DNA from: Nannocystis bainbridge
GTDB lineage: Bacteria; Myxococcota_A; Polyangia; Nannocystales; Nannocystaceae
DNA length: 64,000 nucleotides
Direction of reading: 5' to 3'
Assembly (NCBI RefSeq): GCF_028368995.1
Contig: NZ_JAQNDL010000002.1
Location: 928,001-992,000, forward strand
Of the stretch, positions 9,515-19,247 are shown piece by piece. Numbering within the stretch: the stretch's first letter is position 1; each line of letters starts with the position of its first letter. A program made the translations under genes and the position numbers. A model generated the notes under the pieces. The model was not told the origin of the DNA. It made no database searches and saw nothing but the letters and a program-made list of their open reading frames with translations.

Positions 9515-12500
9515 CCGCCTCCGAGCAGGGCGGAGCCGGTCCAGCGGCGGATCCCCGGCACCGACTCGAGCGCCGCGCCGGCGTCGACGAGCTCGGCGAG
9601 CCAGCGACGCGCGAGCCGGGGCGCCGGGTCGCCGCCGTGCGTGGTAGCGATCGCGTCGAGCAGCCCGCGTTCACGCGCCGCCCGGTCGCCGTCGGCGTCG
9701 CGGATCCGCAGCCACGGCACGATCCGGGCCACGAGGTCGGCGGCGTCGGCATCGTCGACGCAGTGGCGCAGGTGGGCCGGCACGCCGCGCACCACCACCG
9801 CGTCGTCGCCGAACACGTCGAGGTCGACGCCGAGGCCGAGCAGCTCGGCGCGCGCGGCCTGGATCAGCGCGACGTCGGCGGTCGGGCGCTGGACCACCGC
9901 CGGCGACAGCAGGCCCTGCACGGCGACGGCGCGGCGGCCGACCAGGTCGCGCTGCAGGCGGAGATAGACCAGGTGCGAGCGGACCCGCCGGAGGTCGACG
10001 GCCAGCAGCGCGTCGCGGTCGGCGAACACGGCCACCGGGCCCGGGAGGCAGGCGAGCAGGGCAGGGATGTCGGGCCGCGCGGTGGCGGCGCTGGCCTGTC
10101 CTCCGGGACCGGACTGTTCGCGCATGTCTCGCGGGACAGGTGCGTCGCCGGGCAGCAGCGCCAGCGAGGCCTCGCGCTCGGGCTCGGCCGGGCGCGGGGC
10201 GGCGCCATCGGGCCGCAGCGCGGCGGCGGCCTCCATCATCGAGCGCTTGTGGCGGTCGTAGCCGTGGTCGAGCGCGCGCGTGCTCAGGCGGTAGGCGCCG
10301 GGGCGCCGCTCGTCGGCCGCGGGCGCGGGCGCCGGCGCCGGGTCGGGCTGACGCTCGGACCAGCGCAGCAGCGGATCGGCGCTGGCGCGCAAGTCGGGTG
10401 GGAACTCGCCGTCGGCCCGCTCGATCCACGCGGCGGCGCGGTCGCGGGCCGGGTCGAGCTCGCCGACGGCGCCGGCGCGCGCCAGCCAGGCGAGGTCGTC
10501 GGGGGACATGTCCCCGGGGACAGGCACCTCGGGCCGCTCGCGGGCGGGACCGGTGCCCGAGGACATGTCCTGCGGGACAGGCGAGCGGAGCAGGGTGGGG
10601 CCGGCCGCGGGCGACATGTCCTCGGGGACAGGACGTGGGCTGGCCGAGGGCGCGGGGCTCGCGGATGGGTCCTCGGCGGGTCGAGCGGCTTGGCTACCCG
10701 AGGTTCGGGCAGCGACCGGATCGGCATCACCGGGGGTCGCTTGCTCGCGGTCCTGATCGGACCCGAATGGCATGTCCTGAGAGACATGTCCGAACGATCC
10801 GGGCCGAAGGGACATGTCCTCGGTGCCAGGTCGACCCGGGCCTGGCGCGGGCTCGCGGGACGAGTGCCGGGCGGCATCCGGATCGGCCAGGTCGAGGTCC
10901 CAGCCGGCGTCGCCCGTCGGCGCCGCCACGGTCGGCCCGGCGCCGGTCCGTCGCGCCGGCTCGGGGGCGGACGTGGCGAGCGCGGTCTCGACGAGCGGGC
11001 GGCGGGTGGCGTCGACCGAGGCCTCGGCGCGGCTCAGCCAGGCCTCGGCCTCGGCGCGGCGCCCGGCCGCCGCGGCTGCCGCTGCCTGCTGGGCGCGGCG
11101 GACGGCGGGGCCGGGCGCGTCGGACTCGAGGTCGTCGGCGCGACGCGGCGAGCTCGAAGACGTCTCGTCGCCAGCAGGAGCGCCGTCGTGGGCGTGCGTG
11201 GCCCTCGGAGCACCCGCGGAGACGTCGCGGCTCGCGTCGTCCCGCTGCGAGCGCGGGGGATCGCCCTCGTCGTCCGGGTCGTCGTCCTGCTCCTCCGGCG
11301 TCTCGCCGGCGTGCGGGCGCGCGGGGCGACGGCGCGGGTGTCCAGCGCCTTGTGCCTCGTCCTCGCGCGGGTCGCCGACGCGGACCGGCGCGAAGCCGAT
11401 CGGGATCGCGCCGCCGCGGCCGGGGGGCACGCCGGTCGCGCGCGGGGTCTCGCTCGCGGCTGGCGCATCGGACATGTTCGTAGCGACCTGTCCCGAAAGA
11501 CCGGCGAGTTCGCCGGCCCACGGCGCGGCGGCCACGGCGGCGGCGAGGATCCGGCGCACGGCCGCGTAGACCTGCTGCGGCTCGCTGAAGCGGACCTCGG
11601 CCTTTTGCGGGTGGACGTTGACGTCGACGGCGCCGCTGGGCGGCTCGACGAACAGGCAGGCCGAGGGGGCCTCTCCACCGAGGCCGTAGGCCTGGGTGAG
11701 GATCTGCGCCAGGCTGCGCTCCCGCACCACGCGCTGGCGGGTGATGAGGTAGGGGCTGCCGCGACCGCGGGCGGCGGCGGTCGGGTGGGGCAGGAAGGCT
11801 TCGACGCGGATGCCGTCGTCCTCGCCGCGGAAGGCGAAGAACGGGCCGCCGACGCGGCGCTCGAGCACCTGGGCGACGCGGCCCTCGCGGGTGGTCCGCG
11901 GCAAGTTGAGCAGCTCGCGCTTGCCGTGGCGCAGGGTGAAGTGGACGCCCGGGTGGACGATGGCGAGGCGCAGCAGGGTGTCGCTGCAGTGGCCGACCTC
12001 GGTCGCCTCGGCGCGCATGAACTTGCGCCGGGCGGGCAGGTTGGCGAACAGCGCGTGCACGTCGATCTGGGTCCCGACCGGCATGCCGGCCGGGGTGAGG
12101 ACGGGGGCCTCGCCAGGGATCCCGTGCAGGTGCACGCCGACGGCCGCGCCGGGCTGGCGGCTGCGCAGGTCGACGCGCGCGACCGCGGCGACGCTGGCGA
12201 GCGCCTCGCCGCGGAAGCCGAGAGTGACGATGTCGGCGATGTCGGCCGCGTGCCGCAGCTTGCTGGTGGCGTGGCGGGTGACGGCGAGCAGGAGGTCGTC
12301 AGGGTGGATCCCGCGGCCGTTGTCGCGGACGGAGATCCGGGCCATGCCGCCGTCCTCGAGCTCGACGTCGACGCGGGTCGCGCCGGCGTCGAGGCTGTTG
12401 TCGACCAGCTCCTTGATGACCGAGGCGGGCCGCTCGACGACCTCGCCGGCGGCGATCTGGTCGATCACCAGGGCGCCGAGCACGGCGATCCGTCCGGAGG

Positions 12501-12516
12501 GCGCGGGCGAATTCAC
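9511..12516 (-). CDS. mutL: DNA mismatch repair protein MutL with a greatly expanded linker
   Basis: IAAGEVVERPASVIKELVDNSLDAG, HATSK, TLGFRGEALAS, VDVNVHPQKAEVRF; mutL-miaA synteny. Confidence 0.93.
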   Translation of the reverse strand: MNSPAPSGRIAVLGALVIDQIAAGEVVERPASVIKELVDNSLDAGATRVDVELEDGGMARISVRDNGRGIHPDDLLLAVTRHATSKLRHAADIADIVTLGFRGEALASVAAVARVDLRSRQPGAAVGVHLHGIPGEAPVLTPAGMPVGTQIDVHALFANLPARRKFMRAEATEVGHCSDTLLRLAIVHPGVHFTLRHGKRELLNLPRTTREGRVAQVLERRVGGPFFAFRGEDDGIRVEAFLPHPTAAARGRGSPYLITRQRVVRERSLAQILTQAYGLGGEAPSACLFVEPPSGAVDVNVHPQKAEVRFSEPQQVYAAVRRILAAAVAAAPWAGELAGLSGQVATNMSDAPAASETPRATGVPPGRGGAIPIGFAPVRVGDPREDEAQGAGHPRRRPARPHAGETPEEQDDDPDDEGDPPRSQRDDASRDVSAGAPRATHAHDGAPAGDETSSSSPRRADDLESDAPGPAVRRAQQAAAAAAAGRRAEAEAWLSRAEASVDATRRPLVETALATSAPEPARRTGAGPTVAAPTGDAGWDLDLADPDAARHSSREPAPGPGRPGTEDMSLRPGSFGHVSQDMPFGSDQDREQATPGDADPVAARTSGSQAARPAEDPSASPAPSASPRPVPEDMSPAAGPTLLRSPVPQDMSSGTGPARERPEVPVPGDMSPDDLAWLARAGAVGELDPARDRAAAWIERADGEFPPDLRASADPLLRWSERQPDPAPAPAPAADERRPGAYRLSTRALDHGYDRHKRSMMEAAAALRPDGAAPRPAEPEREASLALLPGDAPVPRDMREQSGPGGQASAATARPDIPALLACLPGPVAVFADRDALLAVDLRRVRSHLVYLRLQRDLVGRRAVAVQGLLSPAVVQRPTADVALIQAARAELLGLGVDLDVFGDDAVVVRGVPAHLRHCVDDADAADLVARIVPWLRIRDADGDRAARERGLLDAIATTHGGDPAPRLARRWLAELVDAGAALESVPGIRRWTGSALLGGG
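10097..11502. repeat. Cluster of 14-bp-unit arrays inside the mutL linker
   Basis: Arrays at 10097-10138, 10504-10522, 10547-10579, 10612-10630, 10759-10842 and 11461-11502; translated as recurring DMS/EDMS peptides. Confidence 0.85.
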
Positions 12517-12624
12517 GCGGGTTAGTTAGGCCGACCGGAGGCCGCCGCGCAAGGCCCCCGCGCGGGCGCGCCCACCGCGGGGCCGGCAGCGATAGGGTCG
12601 GGGACCACCCCCGAGGCATCTGCG

Positions 12625-12909
12625 ATGGATCTCCGCGCGTTCTTTACGACCTTCGGTCTCGTGTTCCTCGCCGAGCTGGGCGACAAGACCCAGCTCACCA
12701 CCATGAGCATGGCGGCGTCGAGCGGCCGCCGCTGGCTGGTGTTCGCCGCGTCGGCGCTGGCGCTGGTGCTGTCGAGCCTCGTCGCGGTGCTGGCCGGCGA
12801 GTGGCTGCGCACCCGCGTCGAGCCGGTGATGATCGAGCGCGTCGCCGGGGCGCTGTTCGTGATCCTCGGCGGCTGGATGCTGGCGGCCACGTTCGTGGCC
12901 AAGACCTGA
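12625..12909 (+). CDS. TMEM165/GDT1 (UPF0016) family protein, single-repeat form
   Basis: FLAELGDKTQL motif, 3 TM segments, 94 aa. Confidence 0.9.
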   Translation: MDLRAFFTTFGLVFLAELGDKTQLTTMSMAASSGRRWLVFAASALALVLSSLVAVLAGEWLRTRVEPVMIERVAGALFVILGGWMLAATFVAKT

Positions 12910-12953
12910 GGCGCGGGCGACCGCGAGTCGCCCGCCTCGAACCGCGGCGCGGA

Positions 12954-13838
<885 letters not shown>

Positions 13839-14123
13839 AAGCCCGCGGCAGTCCTCGAGGGGGCCCCCCTCTGCGGCGGTCAAATTACCAGAGCCGGGCA
13901 ACGACGCGGAGCGCGAGGGGTGATTCTGGTGCGACGCAGTCTGGAGATGTAGGCTCGTTATGGCGCCCTCGGGCCTGCACCCCCCGTCTCAGGTCACGTC
14001 GTGTAAGTGACCGAAATGAAAGGGTTATTGAGCCGATGTGGCGGCCGGCGCGCGGGCTCCGTAGCCGTCGTGATCCGGCGAAATTTTGCCGAGCCCGCAG
14101 GGGCGCTGCTATGACCAGCCGAC

Positions 14124-15686
14124 ATGTCGGCCCCCAACACCCGACTCAGCGGTCTCGGCGCGCTCTTCTTCGTCGGCACTCTCGGCGCCATCGCATTCTA
14201 CGTGCAGCGCCAGGAGGTCCCGGAGACGCACGACGTGGTGCGGACCGCGGCGACGGGGACGCAGGCGGCGCCAGAGGAGGCGCCGGTGGCCGCGTTGCCG
14301 TGGCAGGACCGGCTCGACCTCACGGCCGTGACGCCCGCCCCGCTCGGGGCCGACGCGCCGGCGCCGACCCGGGCGGCGAAGACCGCGGATCCGGATTTCC
14401 CGACGCTGGCCACCGATTTGGCGCGCACGCGCCTGGTCCAGGAGCTGAGCGACGGCCACCGGATCCTCTACACGCTCGATCCGGTGCTTCAGGACGCGGC
14501 GCTGCAGATCTTCCGCAACCGCGAGGTGCCATACGCGGCCGCGGTGGTGCTCGACGTGCGCGACAACGCGGTGCTCGCGCTGGCCGGCCACTCGAGCATG
14601 GACCCCGAGGTCGACCCGCTCGAGATCGTGACCACGGCCTGGGCGCCGGCGGCGTCGACGTTCAAGCTGGTGACCGCGGCGTCGCTGCTGGCCAACAAGC
14701 ACGTCAACAACAAGACGCGGGTGTGCTTCAGCGGCGGCCTCCACGGCATCACCGACGACCTGCTGCTCGACGACCCGCGCCGCGACGAGCGCTGCGACGA
14801 CCTCGGCGGGGCCGTCGCGCACAGCCACAACGTCGTGATCGCCAAGCTCGCGCTCAAGCACCTCAGCGCCGACGCGCTGCAGGCGACGGTGCGCTCGTTC
14901 AAGTTCGACAGCGACATCCCGTTCGAATTCCCGGTCGAGCGCTCGCCGGCGCTGATCCCGGCCGACGCCAAGGAGCGGGCCAAGGTCGCGGCCGGGTTCT
15001 GGCACGTCGACATGAGCCCGCTGCACGGGGCGCTGCTCGCCAGCGTGTTCGCGCGCGACGGCGTGTACCAGGCGCCGCACGTCATCTCGCAGGTGCTCGG
15101 GCCCGACGGCACCGACCGCACGCCGTCGCTGCCGAAGACCGAGCGCGTGCTGACGAAGGACGTCGCCGAGGCGGTCGGCGCGATGATGGTGCGCACCACC
15201 ACCGAGGGCACCGCGCGCGCGAGCTTCGTCGACCGTCAGGGCACCTCGTACATCGCCGACGTGCAGGTCGCCGGCAAGACCGGCAGCCTCACCGGCAAGC
15301 GCGCCCCGGGCCTCAACTACAACTGGTTCGTCGGCTACGCGCCGGCCGACCGCCCGGAGATCGCGTTCGCGGTGCTCCTCGCCAACGAGCCGAAGTGGCA
15401 GATCAAGGCCCACTACGCGGCGCGTCGGCTGGTCCAGATCTACGCCCAGCGGCGCGACGCGATCGCCGAGCACCGCGTCGCCAAGCTGACGAAGAAGGGC
15501 GTCGAGCTGCCGGTCGAGGGCAAGAAGCCGGCGCCCGCGACGAGCCCGAGCAAGCCCGCGCCGGCCGACGCCGTGGCCGCGCGCAAGCCCCCGGCCACTC
15601 GTCAGGACCCTGACGCGCTGCCGCCGGTGCCCGGTCCTGTCGCAAGGCCGCAGGCCGCGAGCGGCAAGGCGCCGAGCGGCGTCTGA
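14124..15686 (+). CDS. Penicillin-binding transpeptidase-domain protein
   Basis: N-terminal TM; SxxK (STFK), SxN (SHN) and KTG motifs; NWFVGYAP. Confidence 0.88.
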   Translation: MSAPNTRLSGLGALFFVGTLGAIAFYVQRQEVPETHDVVRTAATGTQAAPEEAPVAALPWQDRLDLTAVTPAPLGADAPAPTRAAKTADPDFPTLATDLARTRLVQELSDGHRILYTLDPVLQDAALQIFRNREVPYAAAVVLDVRDNAVLALAGHSSMDPEVDPLEIVTTAWAPAASTFKLVTAASLLANKHVNNKTRVCFSGGLHGITDDLLLDDPRRDERCDDLGGAVAHSHNVVIAKLALKHLSADALQATVRSFKFDSDIPFEFPVERSPALIPADAKERAKVAAGFWHVDMSPLHGALLASVFARDGVYQAPHVISQVLGPDGTDRTPSLPKTERVLTKDVAEAVGAMMVRTTTEGTARASFVDRQGTSYIADVQVAGKTGSLTGKRAPGLNYNWFVGYAPADRPEIAFAVLLANEPKWQIKAHYAARRLVQIYAQRRDAIAEHRVAKLTKKGVELPVEGKKPAPATSPSKPAPADAVAARKPPATRQDPDALPPVPGPVARPQAASGKAPSGV

Positions 15687-15741
15687 GGGCGCGGCCGCGT
15701 GCACCCTTGCGCGCCCGCCCGCCGCGCCGGAAGATGAGCGC

Positions 15742-16959
15742 GTGCGAGTCAGCGCCGTCGCCGTCCCCCGCGCGTCTCGCAAGTGTCGCTCAGGACATGT
15801 CCGATGGGCCATGTCCCTCGGGCTAGGTCTCTCGATCTGGCTCTCGGGACAGCCGGCGATCGCGGCCCCGGCGGCGCCGGCGACCGCGGCGCGGGCGGCG
15901 TTCGAGGCCGGCGCCAAGGCGTTCGCCGCCGGCGACTACGAGCGCGCGCTGGCGGAGTTCGAGCGGGCGATGGCGCTGCGGCCGTCGCCGAAGATCCACT
16001 ACAACATCGGCGTGTGTCGCCAGCAGTTGATGCTCGCGGCCCAGGAGCGGGGCGATGTCGCGGCCGAGTCGCTGCACGCGGCCGCGGCGGTCGAGGCGTA
16101 CAAGGCGTACCTGCGCGAGGTGCCGGACGCGGACGATCGCGGCGAGGTCGAGGCGACGATCCGCGATCTCGGCGGGACGCCGCAATTTCAGCTCAAACCC
16201 CTCCCATCGCCGCGCGGCGAGGGGACACCTGTCGGACGCGAGGACGCGGCGACGTCACCCGCACCTGTCCCCGAGTCGCCGCCGGTGCCTGTCCCCGATC
16301 CGTCGCCCGTGGCTCCACTGCCGTCCGGGGCGGACGCGCGCGAGTCGACGCCGCCGCCGGCCGCAGTAACACCGTTGTTCCGCGGTCGCGTCGGCGCGAC
16401 CTTCGGACTTAACGGTCAACCGCAAGTCGGCACGTCGCGGCTCGACGGCGCGGTGCAGGGCTTCGCGATGGCGCGGCTCGGCGGCTTCCTCGGCGCGCGA
16501 CGTCGGGTCTACATCGGCGGCGCCGGCTTGCTCGCGGGGGCCGCCGTGACGGCGAACGACAAGCTCGCCCTGCACATGCAAGCGGTGCTGCTCGACCTCG
16601 AGTACGCGCATCCGGTCGGTCGTGCGCGGCGCTTCGAGATCGTTGGCGGCGGGTTCCTCGTCCTCGCGCGCGAGGCTCTGCGGATCCGCGCGGAGGGGCA
16701 ACGTCCGGTGTGTGCGGCGCATTCCAGCGGAGGCCTCGTCAGCCAGCGGGGCGGGGCGGGCGCGGGTGGACGGGTCGGTTTCCACGTGCTACTTGGAGCG
16801 CGCAAAAACCACGAGCTCGGCGTGCGACTCTCCTCCGCAATTCTCGGCTTTGGACAGGGCACGGCGGCCGCCGGCTGCGAGCCGTCGTTCTCCCAGCTCG
16901 ATGTCCCGAGAGCCAGGTGGCTCGTCCTCGTCGACTCGGGTTACTCGTTCCGATTCTAG
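15742..16959 (+). CDS. Exported TPR protein with Pro-rich linker and C-terminal beta-rich domain ending in Phe
   Basis: Signal-like segment, TPR (AFAAGDYERALAEFERA...YNIG), C-terminus SGYSFRF; alternative start ATG at 15811. Confidence 0.7.
   Translation: MRVSAVAVPRASRKCRSGHVRWAMSLGLGLSIWLSGQPAIAAPAAPATAARAAFEAGAKAFAAGDYERALAEFERAMALRPSPKIHYNIGVCRQQLMLAAQERGDVAAESLHAAAAVEAYKAYLREVPDADDRGEVEATIRDLGGTPQFQLKPLPSPRGEGTPVGREDAATSPAPVPESPPVPVPDPSPVAPLPSGADARESTPPPAAVTPLFRGRVGATFGLNGQPQVGTSRLDGAVQGFAMARLGGFLGARRRVYIGGAGLLAGAAVTANDKLALHMQAVLLDLEYAHPVGRARRFEIVGGGFLVLAREALRIRAEGQRPVCAAHSSGGLVSQRGGAGAGGRVGFHVLLGARKNHELGVRLSSAILGFGQGTAAAGCEPSFSQLDVPRARWLVLVDSGYSFRF
15784..15851. repeat. Phased 14-bp array in the signal-peptide region of the TPR gene
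   Basis: TGTCG-CTCA-GGACA|TGTCC-GATG-GGCCA|TGTCC-CTCG-GGCTA, plus TGGCT-CTCG-GGACA at 15838. Confidence 0.75.
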
Positions 16960-17010
16960 GTCGAACATGGTGTGTACCCCGCGACAGCGTGGCGCCCGGA
17001 GGCGGCACGC

Positions 17011-18447
17011 ATGACTGCCTCCGGCGCTGGACAGTTCTACAGCTGGCTCGAAGAGGCCGTGCCGCGCGCGGGCAGTCAGCGCTCGCTCGACAGTCAGGAC
17101 ACGACGCTCAGCCGCCGCGGGCTCATCATCCGCGCCGACAAGCGGGCGCGCGAGCTGGTCGGCCTCAAGATCGGGGCCGGCGACGTGGTCGCCCTCAGCA
17201 TGGGCAACGTGGCCGAGTTCGTGATCCTGCTGCTCGCGGTCAGCAAGCTCGGCGCGATCGCTATGCCCATCGATCCGGCCAACGGCGATCGCAGCCTGCT
17301 CGCGGCGGCGCGACGGATCCCGATCCGCGCCGTGCTCCGGCGCCCGCGCGGGCTCGAGAACTCGCCGCTCGAGTACCCCGAGGGCTACGTGCTGCACTCG
17401 CGGCGCAAGCTCAGCGGGTCGCTGCTCGAGGTCGACGTGCTCGAGCCGCCGTCCGACCTGCGCTCGGCTGTCCCCGGGGACACGGAGTTCGTGCTCGAGG
17501 CCGTGAGCCCCAACGGGGCCGTGCACGACATCTTCCGCAGCGGCGCGCACCTGAAGTGGATCGGCGAGACGGCAGCGGCGCGGCTCGAGCTCGGCGCCGG
17601 GACCCACCTCGCCTGCTCGCAGGCGTTCACCAGCCCGCGCTTCTTCGACGCGGTGGTGCTCGGCTGGCTGGCCTCCGAGGCGCGCCTGGCCATGGCCGAC
17701 AACCCGACGCTCGAGTCGGTGCTGCCGCCGCCCGGCACCTACGAGCGGCTGGTGGTCGTCGACCTCCTCTATTCGCTGCAACGCACCGCGCGCGCGATCA
17801 AGGCCGCGGGGGCCGAGCGCGAGCTGCTGGCCGTGATTCCCCAGGCCACGATCGCGACCTCGCACGGCAAGCTGCTCAAGCAAGTGTTCGGCGCGCCGCC
17901 GGTGCAGCTGCTGTGCCTCGAGGAGATCGGGATCCTCGGCACCCGCGTGATGGCCCGCGGCGAGCGCTTCGAGCCGTCGCCCGGCGTCGAGCTGCGCCCC
18001 GGCAAGGCCGGCGACGGCGGCCACGAGGTGCTCGCGCGCTCGCCTCACCCGGTGCGCACGCGCCCGCTGCTGGCCGCAGGTGAGCCCGGCGGTCCGGTCG
18101 CCGGCGAGACCGCGTGGATCCACACCGGCTACGCCGGCCACTTCGGCGCCGCCGGCTCGCTCGGCGAGGTACCTGGCCGCACGGACAGCCTCGTCAACCT
18201 CGAGGGCCGGCGCGCCAGCCTGCGCAGCATCGAGGCCGCGATGCGCAAGCACCGGCGGATCACCGAGGCCGAGGCCGAGGTCGACTACGACGTCGACGGC
18301 AACCCGTTCGTCCACCTGCGCTACCGCGCCACCGGCTCGACCGGCCTCGACGACCTCGAGGAGTTCATGGTCGCCGAGCTGCCGCCGTACCTGGTCCCGC
18401 GCGAGCACACGCGCATCGACCCGCCGCCTCCGGAAGACGAGAACTGA
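17011..18447 (+). CDS. AMP-binding (ANL superfamily)-like protein with degenerate catalytic motifs
   Basis: GAGDVVALSMGN..EFV..LLAVSKLGAIAMPIDP, WIHTG, GRTDSLVN..G and LPPYLVPR are ANL-like; P-loop and A10 Lys not recognisable. Confidence 0.7.
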   Translation: MTASGAGQFYSWLEEAVPRAGSQRSLDSQDTTLSRRGLIIRADKRARELVGLKIGAGDVVALSMGNVAEFVILLLAVSKLGAIAMPIDPANGDRSLLAAARRIPIRAVLRRPRGLENSPLEYPEGYVLHSRRKLSGSLLEVDVLEPPSDLRSAVPGDTEFVLEAVSPNGAVHDIFRSGAHLKWIGETAAARLELGAGTHLACSQAFTSPRFFDAVVLGWLASEARLAMADNPTLESVLPPPGTYERLVVVDLLYSLQRTARAIKAAGAERELLAVIPQATIATSHGKLLKQVFGAPPVQLLCLEEIGILGTRVMARGERFEPSPGVELRPGKAGDGGHEVLARSPHPVRTRPLLAAGEPGGPVAGETAWIHTGYAGHFGAAGSLGEVPGRTDSLVNLEGRRASLRSIEAAMRKHRRITEAEAEVDYDVDGNPFVHLRYRATGSTGLDDLEEFMVAELPPYLVPREHTRIDPPPPEDEN

Positions 18448-18473
18448 GCGGCCCGCGAGGGCGGTGCCCTGAA

Positions 18474-18510
18474 TGGCTTCGAGGACATGTCCTGCAGGAC
18501 ATGTCCTCGA
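18474..18510. repeat. 14-bp array containing a perfect 32-bp palindrome
   Basis: TCGAGGACATGTCCTGCAGGACATGTCCTCGA at 18479-18510, between convergent genes. Confidence 0.9.
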
Positions 18511-18574
18511 GTGCTTCGTGTCGACGGCTCGACCTGGCGCGCGCGTGTCGGCGCTCGCTCCGAGGCCTGCAGGA

Positions 18575-19207
18575 TCAGCCGGCGACCGGCAGGACCTTCT
18601 CGATCGCCGTCGTCACCTCGGGCGCCAGCGGATCGATCGGCGACTCGAAGCGGGCGACCACGCGGCCCGTCGGGTCGATCAGGAACTTGGTGAAGTTCCA
18701 CTTCACTTCGCCGCGGATCCCCTCGGGCGTCTCTTCGGTCAGTGTCTTGTAGATCGGCGCGATCTCGGGCCCCTTCGCGTGGACCTTGTTCATCATCGGG
18801 AAATCGATCGCGTACTTGCTGGCGACGAAGTCCTTGATCTGCGTGGCGTCGCCCGGCTCCTGGCCGCCGAAGTCGTTGGACGGGAAGCCGAGGACCACCA
18901 GGCCGCGATCCTTGTAGCGGCCGTACAGCTCCTGCAGCTTGGCGTACTGCGGCGTGAAGCCGCACTCCGAGGCGGTGTTGACGACCAGGATCGCCTTGCC
19001 GCGGAGCTCCGAGAATTTTTGCTGGCTGCCGTCGAGCGCCTCGACCGTATGGTCGATGACCGGGCTCTCGGCGGCCGGGCTCGGCTTGGCCTCGGCGGGG
19101 GCGGCGGGCGCGGCCTTGGCGACCTCGGCCTGGGCCGGCTTCGCGGGGGTGGAGGACGAGTCGCAGGCGGCGGCGACCAGGGCGAGGAGCGCGAGCGAGC
19201 GGAGCAT
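18575..19207 (-). CDS. Glutathione peroxidase, predicted lipoprotein
   Basis: Lipobox LVAAAC; NTASECGFT, LGFPSNDFGGQEP, KWNFTKFLI; Cys (TGC) at the peroxidatic site. Confidence 0.92.
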   Translation of the reverse strand: MLRSLALLALVAAACDSSSTPAKPAQAEVAKAAPAAPAEAKPSPAAESPVIDHTVEALDGSQQKFSELRGKAILVVNTASECGFTPQYAKLQELYGRYKDRGLVVLGFPSNDFGGQEPGDATQIKDFVASKYAIDFPMMNKVHAKGPEIAPIYKTLTEETPEGIRGEVKWNFTKFLIDPTGRVVARFESPIDPLAPEVTTAIEKVLPVAG

Positions 19208-19247
19208 GGGCGGCAGCATAGCGGAGGCGTGCGCTAAAGTGAGGGCC

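Noticed and set aside
18483-18506. GGACATGTCC equals the eukaryotic p53 half-site consensus RRRCWWGYYY
   Set aside because: The context is clearly bacterial and no p53-like gene is seen; treated as coincidence
18955-18970. Selenocysteine in the glutathione peroxidase
   Set aside because: The active-site codon is TGC (Cys); no in-frame TGA
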